Source: Neocallimastix sp. 'constans'
Taxonomy: Eukaryota
NCBI GenBank assembly: GCA_050613775.1
Contig: JBODTK010000014.1
Coordinates: 620,001 to 684,000, forward strand
Length of the DNA stretch: 64,000 nucleotides
Direction of reading: 5' to 3'
Part shown: positions 1 through 12,978 of the stretch, piece after piece
How positions within the stretch are numbered: position 1 is the first letter of the stretch
Layout: each line of letters begins with the position of its first letter
Position numbers and translations under genes: made by a program
Notes under the pieces: model-generated
Database searches by the model: none
What the model saw: only the letters and a program-made list of their open reading frames with translations
Told to the model about the DNA's origin: nothing

Positions 1-719
1 GTAATTTAGTTAAACTATGTAACTAAAATTACTCTATATTGTATAATGTATTCTGTATTTTATAATATATCTTATATTTTGTTTAATACATAATTTAATA
101 TTATTTATATATTGTTTTCCTTATATGTAAACTCATATTTATATGATCGAAATATCTTTTATTCTTATTCTTTTATTTTCGATTATTAGATTAGATTAGA
201 TTAGGAATCGGTTAATTAGTGTTTTTTCCAATTTCTTCTTAAAAGTAATTGGTTTTACCTAATTGATACGATGATCGATATGGATAGAATATCGATCAAA
301 AGCTTATCTAGGTTTTTCTATCTAATCTTTTCCTAGATAAGAGAATTGTTAAGATTAGAACCCCTTTTGATTTTAACCTTATTTTGACAAAAAAGTATAA
401 ATAAGGCTCTTGAGTTCACTTTGAGAAATCAAGAGTTATTATTATAACAATTATAATATAATAATAATAATAATAATAGTTTTAACATTTAAAGTTTCTA
501 ATAATTAATAAAACAAATTATTTTAATAAAACAAATTTTATAATTAAAACTTTTCTTTATCAATTTTAGTGTTTCGTCTATTATAATTCGTTATAATAAA
601 CTCGATAATTAGAAAGAACCATAGGTAAGTATGATTCTTTTTAAGCCTTTAATATTAGCACTTAGAGCTAATATTAATGATTAATAATTTAATTATAATT
701 TTTTAATTAAATTATTACA
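1..719 (+). mobile_element. LTR, family A (Tf1-like lineage), truncated by window start
   Basis: Contains the family A core GATACGATGATCGATATGGATAGAATATCGATC and CTCTTGA..TCAAGAG; ends ATTACA like the LTRs of 51209-58490. Confidence 0.85.
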
Positions 720-733
720 CATTTTATCAATTA

Positions 734-2577
734 TGTAAGAAATAATAATTATTTACTAATAAATAATTATTATTTCTTAGTCTTTATAATTATTGATAAT
801 AATTATAAATTTATTTAAATTATAACAAAATTTTATTTAATTAATTATTAATTATTCATTTATAAATAATTATAATTTATTATATATTTAATTATTAAAT
901 TTATTAGTTTTAGTTTATTTATTTAATTAAATTGTAAACAAACACATTATGTATTCTATTATGTATTTAATAATGTATTCTGTATTTTATTTAATATTTT
1001 ATTTTCCTTTTTTGTAAATTTATGAATTTATGATCGAAATATTTTTTTATTATTTTATTCTTTTATTTTCGATCATTAGATTAGATTAGGAATCGGTTAA
1101 TTAGTGTTTTTTCCAATTTCTTCTTAAAAGTAATTGGTTTTACCTAATTGATACGATGATCGATATGGATAGAATATCGATCAAAAATCTTATCTAGGTT
1201 TTTCTGTCTAATCTTTTCCTAGATAAGAAATTTATTAAGGTTAGAAAAACCTTTTTTATTTAACCTTATTTTAACAAAAAAAATATAAATAAGGCTCTTG
1301 AGTTCTCTTTAAGAAATCAAGAGTTATTATTATAAAAATATAGTTATAATAGTAACGATTTTATATTTTAAACTTTAACAAATTAATAAATTATTTTATT
1401 CAAAAAACATACTTTAAAAATTAAATTTATACAAATCTTTCTTCCTTCTTATTTTTCGTGTTATTATTATAATTAATTTTATAATAAACTCCACTAATAT
1501 TTAGGTAAAACTTTTTTTTATTTTCTCAACTTAATGAATTAATCGTTAAGTTGAAGTTAATAATCATATTAAGTGATAGTACTTAGTATGATTGTAAGAA
1601 ATATTAATTATTTATTAATAATATTTCTTAGTCTTTATAATTATTGATAATAATTATAAATTTATTTAAATTATAACTAATTCATACATTGAGATATTAT
1701 TATTAAATTTATTATAATTATAATTATTCATACACTTATATAATATTAGAAATTTTATTTAAATAATTATTATATATACATTTATTAATATTATTGATTT
1801 TATTTAGTTATTCATTTAATTATTAAATTAATGTAAACATTATTTTTATTTATTTTTTATATTGTACATTTAAAAGAATAATTAATAAGTTTCTGTATTT
1901 TTTATAATTCTGTATTCTAGTTTAAAGATAGTTTTATGTTAATAAGTTTAGATTAGATTTTAAAAATGATATTTAGAAAATAGAATAATTTAGATCATTC
2001 CGGTTATTATTTATTTTTCCTTTTATCTGATGATCTAAATTAAAATTTAGAAAATCGATATACTAAGGTTTTACCCAAATATAAAATAATATATTTGGTT
2101 TTACTTAATATATACGATGATCGATATGAATAGAATATCGATCAAAACTTATCTAGTTTTTTCTTCTAATCTTTTTCTAAATAAGATAATTTTAAGATTA
2201 GAAAGCCTTTTTTTATTTAACCTTATTTCCATAAAAAAATATAAAAAGGGCTCTTGATTTCCCTTTAAGAAATCAAGAGTTATTATTATAAAAAAAGATA
2301 GTTATAATAATAACAATATTATATTCTAAACTTTAATAAATTAATAAAATATTTTATTTAAAAACATATTCTAAAAAAAAACCAACTTTAACTTTATACA
2401 AATATTTCTTCCCTTGGTTTTTGTGTTGTTATTATAATTAATTTTATAATAAACTCTTTTTTAGTTAAGATTTTTATTTTTATTTTATTTCTCAACTTAA
2501 TGAATTAGTCATTAAGTTGAAGTTAATAATCATATTTAGTAATAAAACTTAGTATGATTATTACAATGATTATTACA
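734..2577 (+). mobile_element. Solo LTR family A, interrupted near its 3' end by 1593-2565
   Basis: TGTAAG...TATTACA; TSD AATTA at 729-733 and 2578-2582. Confidence 0.85.
1593..2565 (+). mobile_element. Solo LTR family A, nested
   Basis: TGTAAG...ATTACA; TSD ATGAT at 1588-1592 and 2566-2570. Confidence 0.85.
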
Positions 2578-3487
2578 AATTATGTAAGAATCTATAATTA
2601 TTTTTAAATAAAATAATTATATTTTCATAGTTAAAGTTATAATTATAACTTTATTTAATTATATAATATTTATTCATTTAAATATTATTAATAATTTATT
2701 TAACTCCATATTAAATATTCATTAATTTAATACAACAAATTTTATTTAATTAATTATTATTCATACATTTATAAATAATTATAGTTTATTTAATTATACA
2801 TTTAATTATTAAATTTATTAGTCTTAGTTTATTTATTTAATTAAATTGTAAACAAATATATTATGTATTCTAATATGTATTTTAATAATGTATTCTGTAT
2901 TTTGTTTATTAATATCATTATTATATTGATTTTCTTATTTGTAAATTTATGATTTTATGATCGAAATATTTTTTATTATTTTATTTTTTTATTTTCGATC
3001 AATTACATTAGATTAGCGAATCGGTTAATTAGGGTTTTTCCCAATTACTTCTTAAAAGTAATTGGTTTTACCTAATTGATACGATGATCGATATGGATAG
3101 AATATCGATCAAAATCTTATCTAGGTTTTTCTCTCTAATCTTTTCCTAGATAAGAGATTTGTTAAGATTAGAAAAAATTTTTTAATTTAACCTTATTTTT
3201 CAAAAAAGTATAAATAAGGCTCTTGAATTCTCTTTGAGAAATCAAGAGTTATTATTATAACAATTATAATATAGTAATAACATTAATAAATATTTTATAT
3301 TTCTATTTTAATAAAGTAAGTTTTAATAAAACAAATTTAAAAATAAAATAAAATAATCTTTTCTCTTTGACAATTCTGTGTTATTAGTTTATTATAATTA
3401 GTTATAATAAACTCTTTCTTATAGAAGATAAGTATATTTATCTTTTTTGCTTTCTCAATTTAATAATAATTATTATTTAGTTATTAT

Positions 3488-4821
3488 TGTTAAGATAATA
3501 ACTGAATTTCAATTCAATTTCAATTTCAATAATTCAGTTATTTGAATTTCAATATTAATGAATAAATAATAATATAATAATTATTATTATATTAATTTTA
3601 TTAAAATATTTAGGAAATAGTCTAGGCCAACTAATTGACTAAATATTATTAACATATTGAAATTAATATATATTAAATAATGTAAACACGTGATTGTCAT
3701 ATTAAATTAATTTTTATATTAATTTATTATCGAATCTTTACATATTATATTTTAATTATTAAATATAATATTTAGCTATATTAGATTCTTATATTTTATT
3801 TATATTAAATATTTATATTATTATCTTACTTTATATTATCAATATCAAACTTATATTAATATTATTTACATATTCATATTAATAATTAATATTTTAATAA
3901 TTGTAACGGAGGTGCTTCTATTGTAAAGGCGGGATGAGATATAGAAACACAGAAAGGAGAAAACTCAATAGGTTTACACTATCTGTATAAATAATTCGTT
4001 TTATTAGAAATATTTTTTATTAATTATAAAATTTAAAATAATTATTAATATTAATCAACAAGGTAATATTTCGAATTACTTATACGTTAATTATTATTAA
4101 TAAAAGCACGAAGAAAAATATTTTCATTCGTGAAGTTCGCACTATTTATACTTTTAACGGAAAAACAGTTTTAACATGTAAAAATAATTTTAAAGAAATA
4201 TTTAGAAATATGTTTGTAATAATTAATAATGTAAAGTTTCTAGAATATAGATTTTAATTGATGAAAATGAATCTTATCAAAAAAGAATAAAATAATTTAT
4301 ATAATAAGAATTTCTAAATTCATTTCGATTGAATTACGAACCGAAAGAATCTTTAACTTTCTATAATTTTATACAGAAAGAATATTCAAGAAGATATTAT
4401 TAATAATTAATAAAATAATTAATAAAATAATTATTTATGCAAAATGGGTTGAGGTGTGAGTCGAACCCATGAAGTATTGGTCATGGTCAATGTAACTAAC
4501 CATTGAACCAGAGTTCTAATTTTACTAACTGAAGATTTCGTTACAATAATTAATTATTTTATATAAATACATGTTTAAATCTTTTGATTAATCCTTTGTA
4601 GGATTATTGTAATTTAAATTATAGTAATAATTATATAAAATAATAATGTAATAAAATATTATTAAGATTAAATAAAATTTATATTTTAAATAAAAACTTA
4701 ATTATAAAATTTACTAATAACAATATGTTTTAAATAAGAGTAAAATTAAATTATTAATTAATTACTATAATTTGGCATCTTGACCTAATCGTTAAGACCA
4801 AATTATCACAAAACTTTGACA
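3488..4821 (+). mobile_element. Solo LTR family B (related to K), interrupted by 3902-4545
   Basis: TGTTAAG...TTTGACA; TSD ATTAT 3483-3487 / 4822-4826; reverse complement of 30813-31455. Confidence 0.85.
3902..4545 (-). mobile_element. Solo LTR family C with Pol III A/B boxes
   Basis: TGTAACG...CGTTACA; TSD ATAAT 3897-3901 / 4546-4550; homologous to 23973-24546. Confidence 0.8.
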
Positions 4822-4883
4822 ATTATTAAGTTGTAGTTAATAATTTAATTATAATTAATTTTATAATTAAATTATTACAAATT

Positions 4884-5760
4884 TGTAATAATTCTATTAA
4901 GAACTAACTCAAAATAGAATTATTAACTACAACTTAACGACTAATTCATTAAGTTGAGAAAATAGAAAATAAAATAAAATAATTTTTTTTACCTTTGGAG
5001 TTTATTATAAAATTAATTATAATAATAACACGAGAAGCAAAAGAAGAATTATTTGTATGAATTTGATTTTAAAAATATGTTTTTGAATAAAATATTTTAT
5101 TAATTTATTAAAGTTAAAAATATAAAATTGTTACTATTATAACTATGTTTTTATAATAATAACTCTTGATTTCTCAAAGAGAATTCAAGAGCCTTATTTA
5201 TATTTTTTTATGAAAATAAGGTTAAATAAGAAAGGGTTTTCTAATCTTAACAAATCTCTTATCTAGGAAAAGATTAGATAGAAAAACCTAGATAAGTTTT
5301 CGATCGATATTCTATCCATATCGATCATCGCATTAATTAAGTAAAACCGATTACTTCTAAAAAGTAATTGGAAAATATCTTAATTAACCGATTTTCCAAT
5401 CTAATCTAATGATCGAAAATAAAAGAATAAAATAATAAAAGATATTTCGATCATATAATTTATCCTTATATTAAAAATATAAAATTAAATAGTTAATAAA
5501 ATACAGAATACATTATAAAATACAGAATACAATACAATACAGAATACAATACAATACAGAATACATTAGTTACAGTAGAGAATTTAACATATTGTAAATA
5601 TATTATTTAAAATTAAATAAATTTTGTTAAATTAATGAATATTTAAAATTAAATTAAATAAATTTAATAAATATTATATGTAATTAAATAAAGTTATAGT
5701 TATAATAACTTAACTAAGAAAATATAATTATTTATTAGCAAATAATTATAGATTCTTACA
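4884..5760 (-). mobile_element. Solo LTR family A, inverted
   Basis: Reverse-complement family A core; TSD AAATT 4879-4883 / 5761-5765. Confidence 0.85.
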
Positions 5761-5767
5761 AAATTAA

Positions 5768-6786
5768 TGTAAGAAATCATAATTATTCAATAATGAATAA
5801 TTAATATTTCTTATAATTAATGAAAAATAATTAATAATTTATAATTATTTATAAAATAATAATTATTTTTAAAAAATATTTATTTAAATAATAATTAATA
5901 TATTCATTGATTTTAACTTATAAATTTATTTAATAGTTATATTTTCATATATTGATCTAAATTTATTTACATATTATAATTTATACATTTATATAAATAA
6001 TATAAAATTTATTTACTTACTATTATTATTCATTTAAATAGAATTTTTACAAAAAAATTATGTAAATTTGTATTTAATATTTTACCATAAAAATATTAGT
6101 TATTTTAATTAAAATGAATTATGTATTTTATAATGTATTATAAACTATAAATGTATCTAATCTATCATATTATTTAATATTTATTTTTTAAATGGAAAAA
6201 AAAAAAAAAATTCTTTTTTTTTATTAATTCCTATCCTATCAATATTTAATATTTTAATAATTAATTAGAAAATCGGTAATTAATGTTTTTCCTAACAAAT
6301 AGGTTTTCTTTAATTATACGATGATCAATATGATTAGAATATTGATCGAAAAACTATTTAGGTTTTTCTTCTAATCTTTTCCTAAATAGATTTTTTGTTA
6401 AGATTAGAAAATAAATTTATTTAACCGATAAATTTTTTAAAAAAATATAAATAGGACTCTTGAATTCTCTTTGAGAAATCAAGAGAGAGTTATTATTTTA
6501 AGAAAATATAATAAATAATAACAAATAAAATAAATTTTTTTATTTATATATCAAAAAACTATTATTAATCATAAAAGCTTTTTTTTATTATTTTAAAAAT
6601 ATTTACAACTACTATTCTACTGTAGCTTGGTTATTGTTTATTATATTTACTTACAATAAACTCGGCATAATTTAAGTATAATTTTTATTTTTTAATTTTT
6701 ATTTTCTCAATTTTAATATTATGTAAAAATAATATTAAAATTGTAGATAATAGTTATATTAATTAATTTTAGTTTTAGTATAGCTA
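5768..6786 (+). mobile_element. Diverged LTR family A, 3' end interrupted or lost
   Basis: Starts TGTAAGAA, has a diverged family A core; no CA terminus before 6787, so the end is approximate. Confidence 0.7.
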
Positions 6787-7340
6787 TGGTACGTGTTGTT
6801 GTACCTTGGGCTTTTGACACTTCTCTGGTTAAGATAAATTATTCTAAATTGAATAGCACAAAATTTATTTCTTTTATTTCTTATTATTATTTAGAACTTT
6901 TATTTATTCTTTTTTTTTTATTTTTATTTTTTTTTTTTTTTTTTTTTTTTTAAGAATTATTTTTTTTTTTTTTAATACAATAAAATATTTTATTTATTAT
7001 AATTCTCAAAATTCATATTTCAATATGAAGGATATTAAATTATTAATTATCTCTTTTATAACTCTATAATTTTTAATCCTAACTGCGTTCTTGAAACATT
7101 ATGTATCTCCGAATTATAAACACCTCTATTTCTAATTATTATTATTATTATTATTTTAATTTTGTTTATATAAATCAATTTTAATATATACATCCTAAAT
7201 ATATTTAATAAACTTTTTTTTTTTAATTAATGAAATAAATTTTTTTTTTTATACAATTTATTAATAATCTAATCTATCAAACTATTTTAATATCATATTC
7301 TTCACTCTGAATTTTATATTTTTATGGGTGCATCGCACCA
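6787..7340 (-). mobile_element. 3' LTR of an F/G-lineage gypsy element
   Basis: TGGT...ACCA; preceded on the minus strand by a PPT-like AGTGGGGGCGTCT (7341-7353), as at 16197 and 38923. Confidence 0.65.
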
Positions 7341-7583
7341 AGACGCCCCCACTAATTTTAGACTTACTATGGAAGTCTACAAATTACGAAATAATATTGA
7401 AACTTAGAAATAATATATTATTATTATTATTATTATTATTATTTTTTTTTTTTTTTTATTTTATTTATTTATTTTGTTTTTTATTATTATTACTATTTTT
7501 ATTATTATTATTATTATTATTATTTTTTTATTATTATTATTATTATTATTTTATTTTATTTTATTTTTTTTTTATTTACATAT

Positions 7584-10500
7584 TTACAAATTACCTATTT
7601 CAGTAAAATATGGTATAATGTTTTTGAGGTGCACATTTCTTTCAGCTGTTTCTCCCGAAATTGGATCACAAACAGTAACGGTATTTAATTCTCTCTTAAC
7701 AATTTTTAGTGGGCCTATAAAATAAGGGTCCAATTTCCTTCTATTAAAGGCTCTTATCAGAATTAGATCTCCCGGTTTGAAATCAGCTCTCAATCTCTTC
7801 ATTTGTTTTCGTCTATCCATCCATAAATTGTTAGCAGTTTCAATATTTTTAATTGCCTCTTCTATCCACTTATGGTGATTAATAAATTTTCTCATCCAAT
7901 ATTCTTCTTCATCTTCATTTTTATTTATTCTTCCCACATTCAATCCGAGTTCGAAAGGCTGCAAATCTTTTCTCCCATATAATAACTCAAAACTACTAAA
8001 TTTAGTAACTTCATTTTTGCACGTTCGGAGAGCCCACAAAGCACTTGGTAGCACGTCATCCCAGTCTTCTTCTGAATTTCCTAATATCCTCAAGTACTTA
8101 GATATTTCCTTATTCCGGATTTCAACTTCACCATTGGAGGCAGGATGACAGGTAGTAATGAATCGAACAAAGAAGTCGTAAAGATCTAAAAATGCCTTAG
8201 TCTTATCCGAACAAAATTGTGGACCATTGTCAGTTATTAATTGTTCTGAGGTTCCATGTCTTGCAAAAACACCTTTTAAGAACCTTATAACATCCTCGGA
8301 TTCTGTCTTTTGTAAGGGCTCTGCTTCGACCCACCTGGTTAAATAGTCCACCAATACAATTATGTACTTATTTCCTCTCCTTGTGGTGGGCAAAGGGCCA
8401 ATGAGGTCTAGTCCTACCCTCGAAAATGGTAATCCTGGCGTAGTAGGAATATCCTCGGTATATTGGTTTAAGGCTTGAGGCTTGTAAGTCTGACATTTAT
8501 GACATCCCTTTACTTATAATTTCACGTCACGGCTCATGTTGCTCCAGTAGTAGTCACGTTTTAATCTACAATATGTTTTGAAAATTCCTTCGTGACCTAT
8601 ATTGTGTGCAGACTCCAATAATCGTAATTTTTCTTCTGGGTTTACCACTATTCTTCTAAGACTGTCACCTTGCTTATAATATTTAATACATTTATTTCGA
8701 TAATTTTATTCTTAATAAAATTTTGTATATTTATATTATTATGGAAATTATCCTCCTTATTAGATTCTGACGTCCCATTTACTTCACTGTTTATATTTAT
8801 TAATTCGATCCCAGTACTTATAGACTTATCATTGGGTATTACTGGATTCAATGATAATCTTGATAGAGCGTCTGCGACTACGTTCTTCTTACCCTCTTCA
8901 TATTTCACTTTCACCTTTAGAGAACTAAGAAAAATTATCCATTTAGTGTGTCTAGAGGAGGTTGGTTCCGTATTCTTAAAGAATCCCACTAATGGCTTGT
9001 GATCTGTTATTAATATCGGCTCATGTTTACCGCCACATATATAGTGTTTGAATTTTTTCACACAATAAAAAGCAGCAAGTCCTTCTAGATCTGTAACACT
9101 GTAATTTAGTTCAGCCGACTTCAAAGTTCTACTAACAAAATGTAAAGGATGTTCATTTCCATCCTCATCCTTTTGTATTAAAACTCCTCCAATCCCCTTT
9201 CTTGATGCATCAGTTCGGATAATAAATTCTTTGTCATAATCTGGTAATGAGAGGACTGGAGCAGCTATTAATCTATCCTTTAATGTTTGAAAGGATAGAT
9301 CCTCCTCAGGGCCCCTGTGAAAGTTAGAATTTTTCTTTAATAATTTAAATAAGAAAGTAGCTTCTGCAGCGAAGTTCGGAATGAACTTCCTGTAATAGCC
9401 AACGGCACCCAGAAACGATCTCACTTCTGTAATATTTTTCGGAGGTAACCATCGTTTTATTACTTCAACTATAGTAGGGACCGGCTTTTAGCCATCCACC
9501 GTAAGTAAATGACCCAGCAATTCCACTTCTTTTTGGAAGAAGTGACATTTTTCTATGTTGATTTTTAAATTGTTTTCTCTGAGAATTTTAAAGACTTTTA
9601 CTATATCCTCCAAATGTTTTTCAAAGGAGCCAGAAAAAATAATAACATCATCGATATAAATAAAAATACAGTTCCCTATAAGTTCAAAAAAAATTCTATT
9701 CATCTCCCGTTGAAAGGTAGCAGGAGCATTAGTTAGCCCAAATGGCATTACATTAAACTCATAGTTACCAAAAATTGTAGTGAATGCTGTTTTATCCTTA
9801 TCTTGTTCAAACATGGGTACCTGATGGTACCCAGAAAAGAGATCTAAGGTAGTAAGTATTTTAGCTGTATTCCCAATGGCATAAAGAATTTCGTCTATTC
9901 GAGGAAGCGCGTAAGAATCCTTAATCGTACAATTATTCAACTTACGATAATCTATGCACAATCTATATTTCCCGTTTTTCTTTTCCACTAAGATCACAGG
10001 AGAAGTCCAAGCAGAATCTGAGGGTTCTATTAGTTTATTTTTGATTAATTTATTGATCTCCTCCTTCAACACCTTGAAATGTACACGGGACAATCTATAT
10101 GGTTTCTGCTTAAATGGTGTAATCCCTGGTAGAAGATTTATTCTATGAGGTAATAGCTTCGTATTCCCTAAATCGTCAGTTTTTATGGCTAAGACTTCTT
10201 TATACTCCTCAAAGATTCGATCCACTCGGCTTTTAAATTTATTCGGTACTTCCTCAACAATTTTCTTAATAATATTCTGTTTAGATTCTACCTCCTCTTG
10301 GTCTAATATAGTTGATTTGGAGTCTTCCATTATCTCTTCAAGTTCGTTATTGTTCTTCCTAACTGTTAACAGCATAGGTACGCTATTATTTATCTCTTCG
10401 ACGTCCTCCTGATTCTCAACCTCTTGCTCTTCACTTTCGGAATCAGAATTCGTTGGTAGTTTAATATCATACCTAAGACGAGCAATCTCCACATTATTAT

Positions 10501-10837
10501 CAGAATTATCAATAAGATACAGTTTATCATTAACAAAGTCCAATATGAATCTATTTCTTTTTAATGAATCGATCCCAACAAGTAAGTCGAATAGGTCACT
10601 CTTTTCAATTACACGGAATTTTTCTTCGAACGTATAAGAGCCAATTTTTATCTTCAATTTATAAATGTCAGTATGTGTGTTTGTATTCGAGAAGGCTTGA
10701 AATATGGTTTCCATTATTCTACCTATTGGTTTTAAGGTGGATTTTAATTTTCTTAAAAATTCTCTTGATACCATATTAACACTGGCACAGGAATCTAACA
10801 AAATATCCGTATTTACTCCTTCTACCAATGTCTCCAA
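7584..10837 (-). pseudogene. pol: Frameshifted, 5'-truncated gypsy pol (PR-RT-RH-IN), F/G lineage
   Basis: Three ORF pieces: LLDSCAS protease and YIDD RT (9488-10837), TDAS RNase H (8648-9424), integrase core TDNG..E (7584-8393). Confidence 0.9.
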
Positions 10838-12978
10838 GCAATAAAAGCATCCCTTATAGCAAGTAGTTCTTTATCAGTAATTGTATAATTTATTTCGGCG
10901 TTTAGTAAACTTCTAGAATAATATGCTACTGGATGTAAATTATTATCTTTATCTCTTTGAGATAGAACAGCACCAATAGCATAATTACTTGCATCACATT
11001 CTACTATAAAAGGTTTTGTAATATCAGGATGAAGTAGAATTGGAGAAGTAATTAATCTTTTCTTTAATTCCTTAAAAGCATTTTCACATTCATTTGTCCA
11101 TAAAAATTTAATATTTTTCCTTGTTAAATTATGTAAGGGTTTTGCAATTTTTGCAAAATCTTTAACAAATCTTCTATAGTAATTACATAGGCCAATAAAT
11201 CTTTGAACATCTTTTAAATTTTCTGGTCTTGGCCACTCTTCTATTGATTTAATTTTCTTTGGATCAGTAGATACACCATCACCAGATAAAATGTAACCTA
11301 AAAATTCAACTTTGTTCTGGTCAAATTCACATTTTTCTAATTTTGCATATAAATTATTATTAATTAAAGTTTGAAGGACGTTTCTGACTTGATTATGATG
11401 CTCCTCTAAATCTTTGGAATAAATTAAAATATCATCTAAATATAAGATCACACATTTTTCCAAGTATGGTCTAAGAATAGAGTTAATAAATGATTGGAAA
11501 GTGGCAGGCGCATTTTTTAATCCAAACGGCATAACTAAATATTCATAATGACCATATTTAGTTCTAAACGCAGTTTTATATTCATCACCTTCTTTAATTC
11601 TTATTAAATTATAAGCAGAACGTAAATCCAATTTCGTAAAATATTTTGCTCCCTTTACTTTTTCTATTATATCTGTTATTAGAGGGAGAGGATATGAATT
11701 TCTTATAGTTACTGCATTTAATTTTTTATAGTCTACACATAACCGAAGGGAACCATCTTTTTTCTTTTGGAAAAGGACAGGATATCCAGCAGGAGATTCT
11801 GATGGTCTAATAAATCCTTTTTCTAAATTTTCTTTTATATAGTCCTTAAGAACTTGTGATTCTTCTTCAGTTAATGGATAAATTGGGCCGTAATGGAGTG
11901 TAGCGTCTTTTTCTAAAACAATCTTACAGTCGGTTAAACGGTGAGGAAGTAATTTATCTGCCTCTTTTTTGCTAAATACGATTGCTAAATCTTGATATTG
12001 ATGAGGAATTTCTTCTATTTTTGGTTCCTCATTTTCAATTTCAACTTTATCTTTAGTTGAAAGAAAACAATATATTAAAAAATTATAACTAAACTCTTTT
12101 TTATTATTATATAAATCTCGATGATTTTTGTTAAATTTTTTGGAAGAAAATTTACTTTTAGATTTATTTAAATATTTTATATATACATAAATTTTAGAAT
12201 TTTTATTAATAGAATTTTTATATTTATTAAACTTTGGATTTTTTGAAAAATTTTTTAAATTTTTTAAATTAAATTTTTTGGAGATATTTTTTGAATTATT
12301 TTTTGATCGATTTTTTGAAAAATTTTTATAATAAAATTTATTTTTTATTTTTCTTTTAAAAAATTTGTTTTTAAAAATTTTTCTTTTCAACGAGTTTAAA
12401 TAAAAATTATTTCCCTTATATTTTATGGATTTATTTTTATGATCATTTAAAGAATTATAATTTAAATAAGAATATAAGGTATTATTTTTATAATTGTAAT
12501 GTATTTTGAATTTCCTAATAAACTGATTTCCAAAAAGTAAATCAGTAGGAATACAATTTGAGATTAAAAATTTTTCTTTAAAATCTTGAAAATAAAATTT
12601 ATTATTTTTAAAAATTTTAATTTGAAAATTTAACCAAACAAATTGATCTAATTTGGTAGTTCTGCCTGAAATACCTTTAACTAGGATTTTATTTTTTGTT
12701 TTTTGAATATTTAGTTTTAATTTATTTGCTAATTTTTCTGTGATAAAATTGCAAAAGGATCCTGAATCTAACATAGATTCAGATGTTAATTTTAGAATTT
12801 TTTCATTTTTAATTGTAAAATTATTTAAAAATTTAATAGGAATATAGGATTTAAATAAAAGGAAAGTAGATGGGAGATTTGATTCATTAATTGAATCAAG
12901 TGTAGGAAAATTATAATAAATTGTTTTTATATTTTTTGATGTTCTGGACTCCTTTTGAAGCCCATCAATTAGTTTTTT
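10822..12978 (-). pseudogene. pol: Gypsy pol of element K (PR-RT-partial RH), truncated at a chimeric junction
   Basis: LDSGS protease, YLDD RT, CDAS RNase H ending at AWRH; frame is open back to the slippery site at 12978. Confidence 0.9.

Larger units (their letters stand above)
2583..4879 (+). mobile_element. Solo LTR family A, interrupted by 3488-4821
   Basis: Closely matches uninterrupted copy 35873-36835 once the nested insert is removed. Confidence 0.85.

Noticed and set aside
1..6786. Repeating palindromic motifs as a CRISPR-like array
   Set aside because: Units are ~0.9-1 kb LTRs with TG...CA ends and TSDs; no spacers or cas genes
7328..7725. Short + strand ORFs rich in L/F/I/Y (also 43535, 47301, 56790, 56858, 60470)
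   Set aside because: Translations of (TTA)n, (TCA)n and poly-T microsatellites
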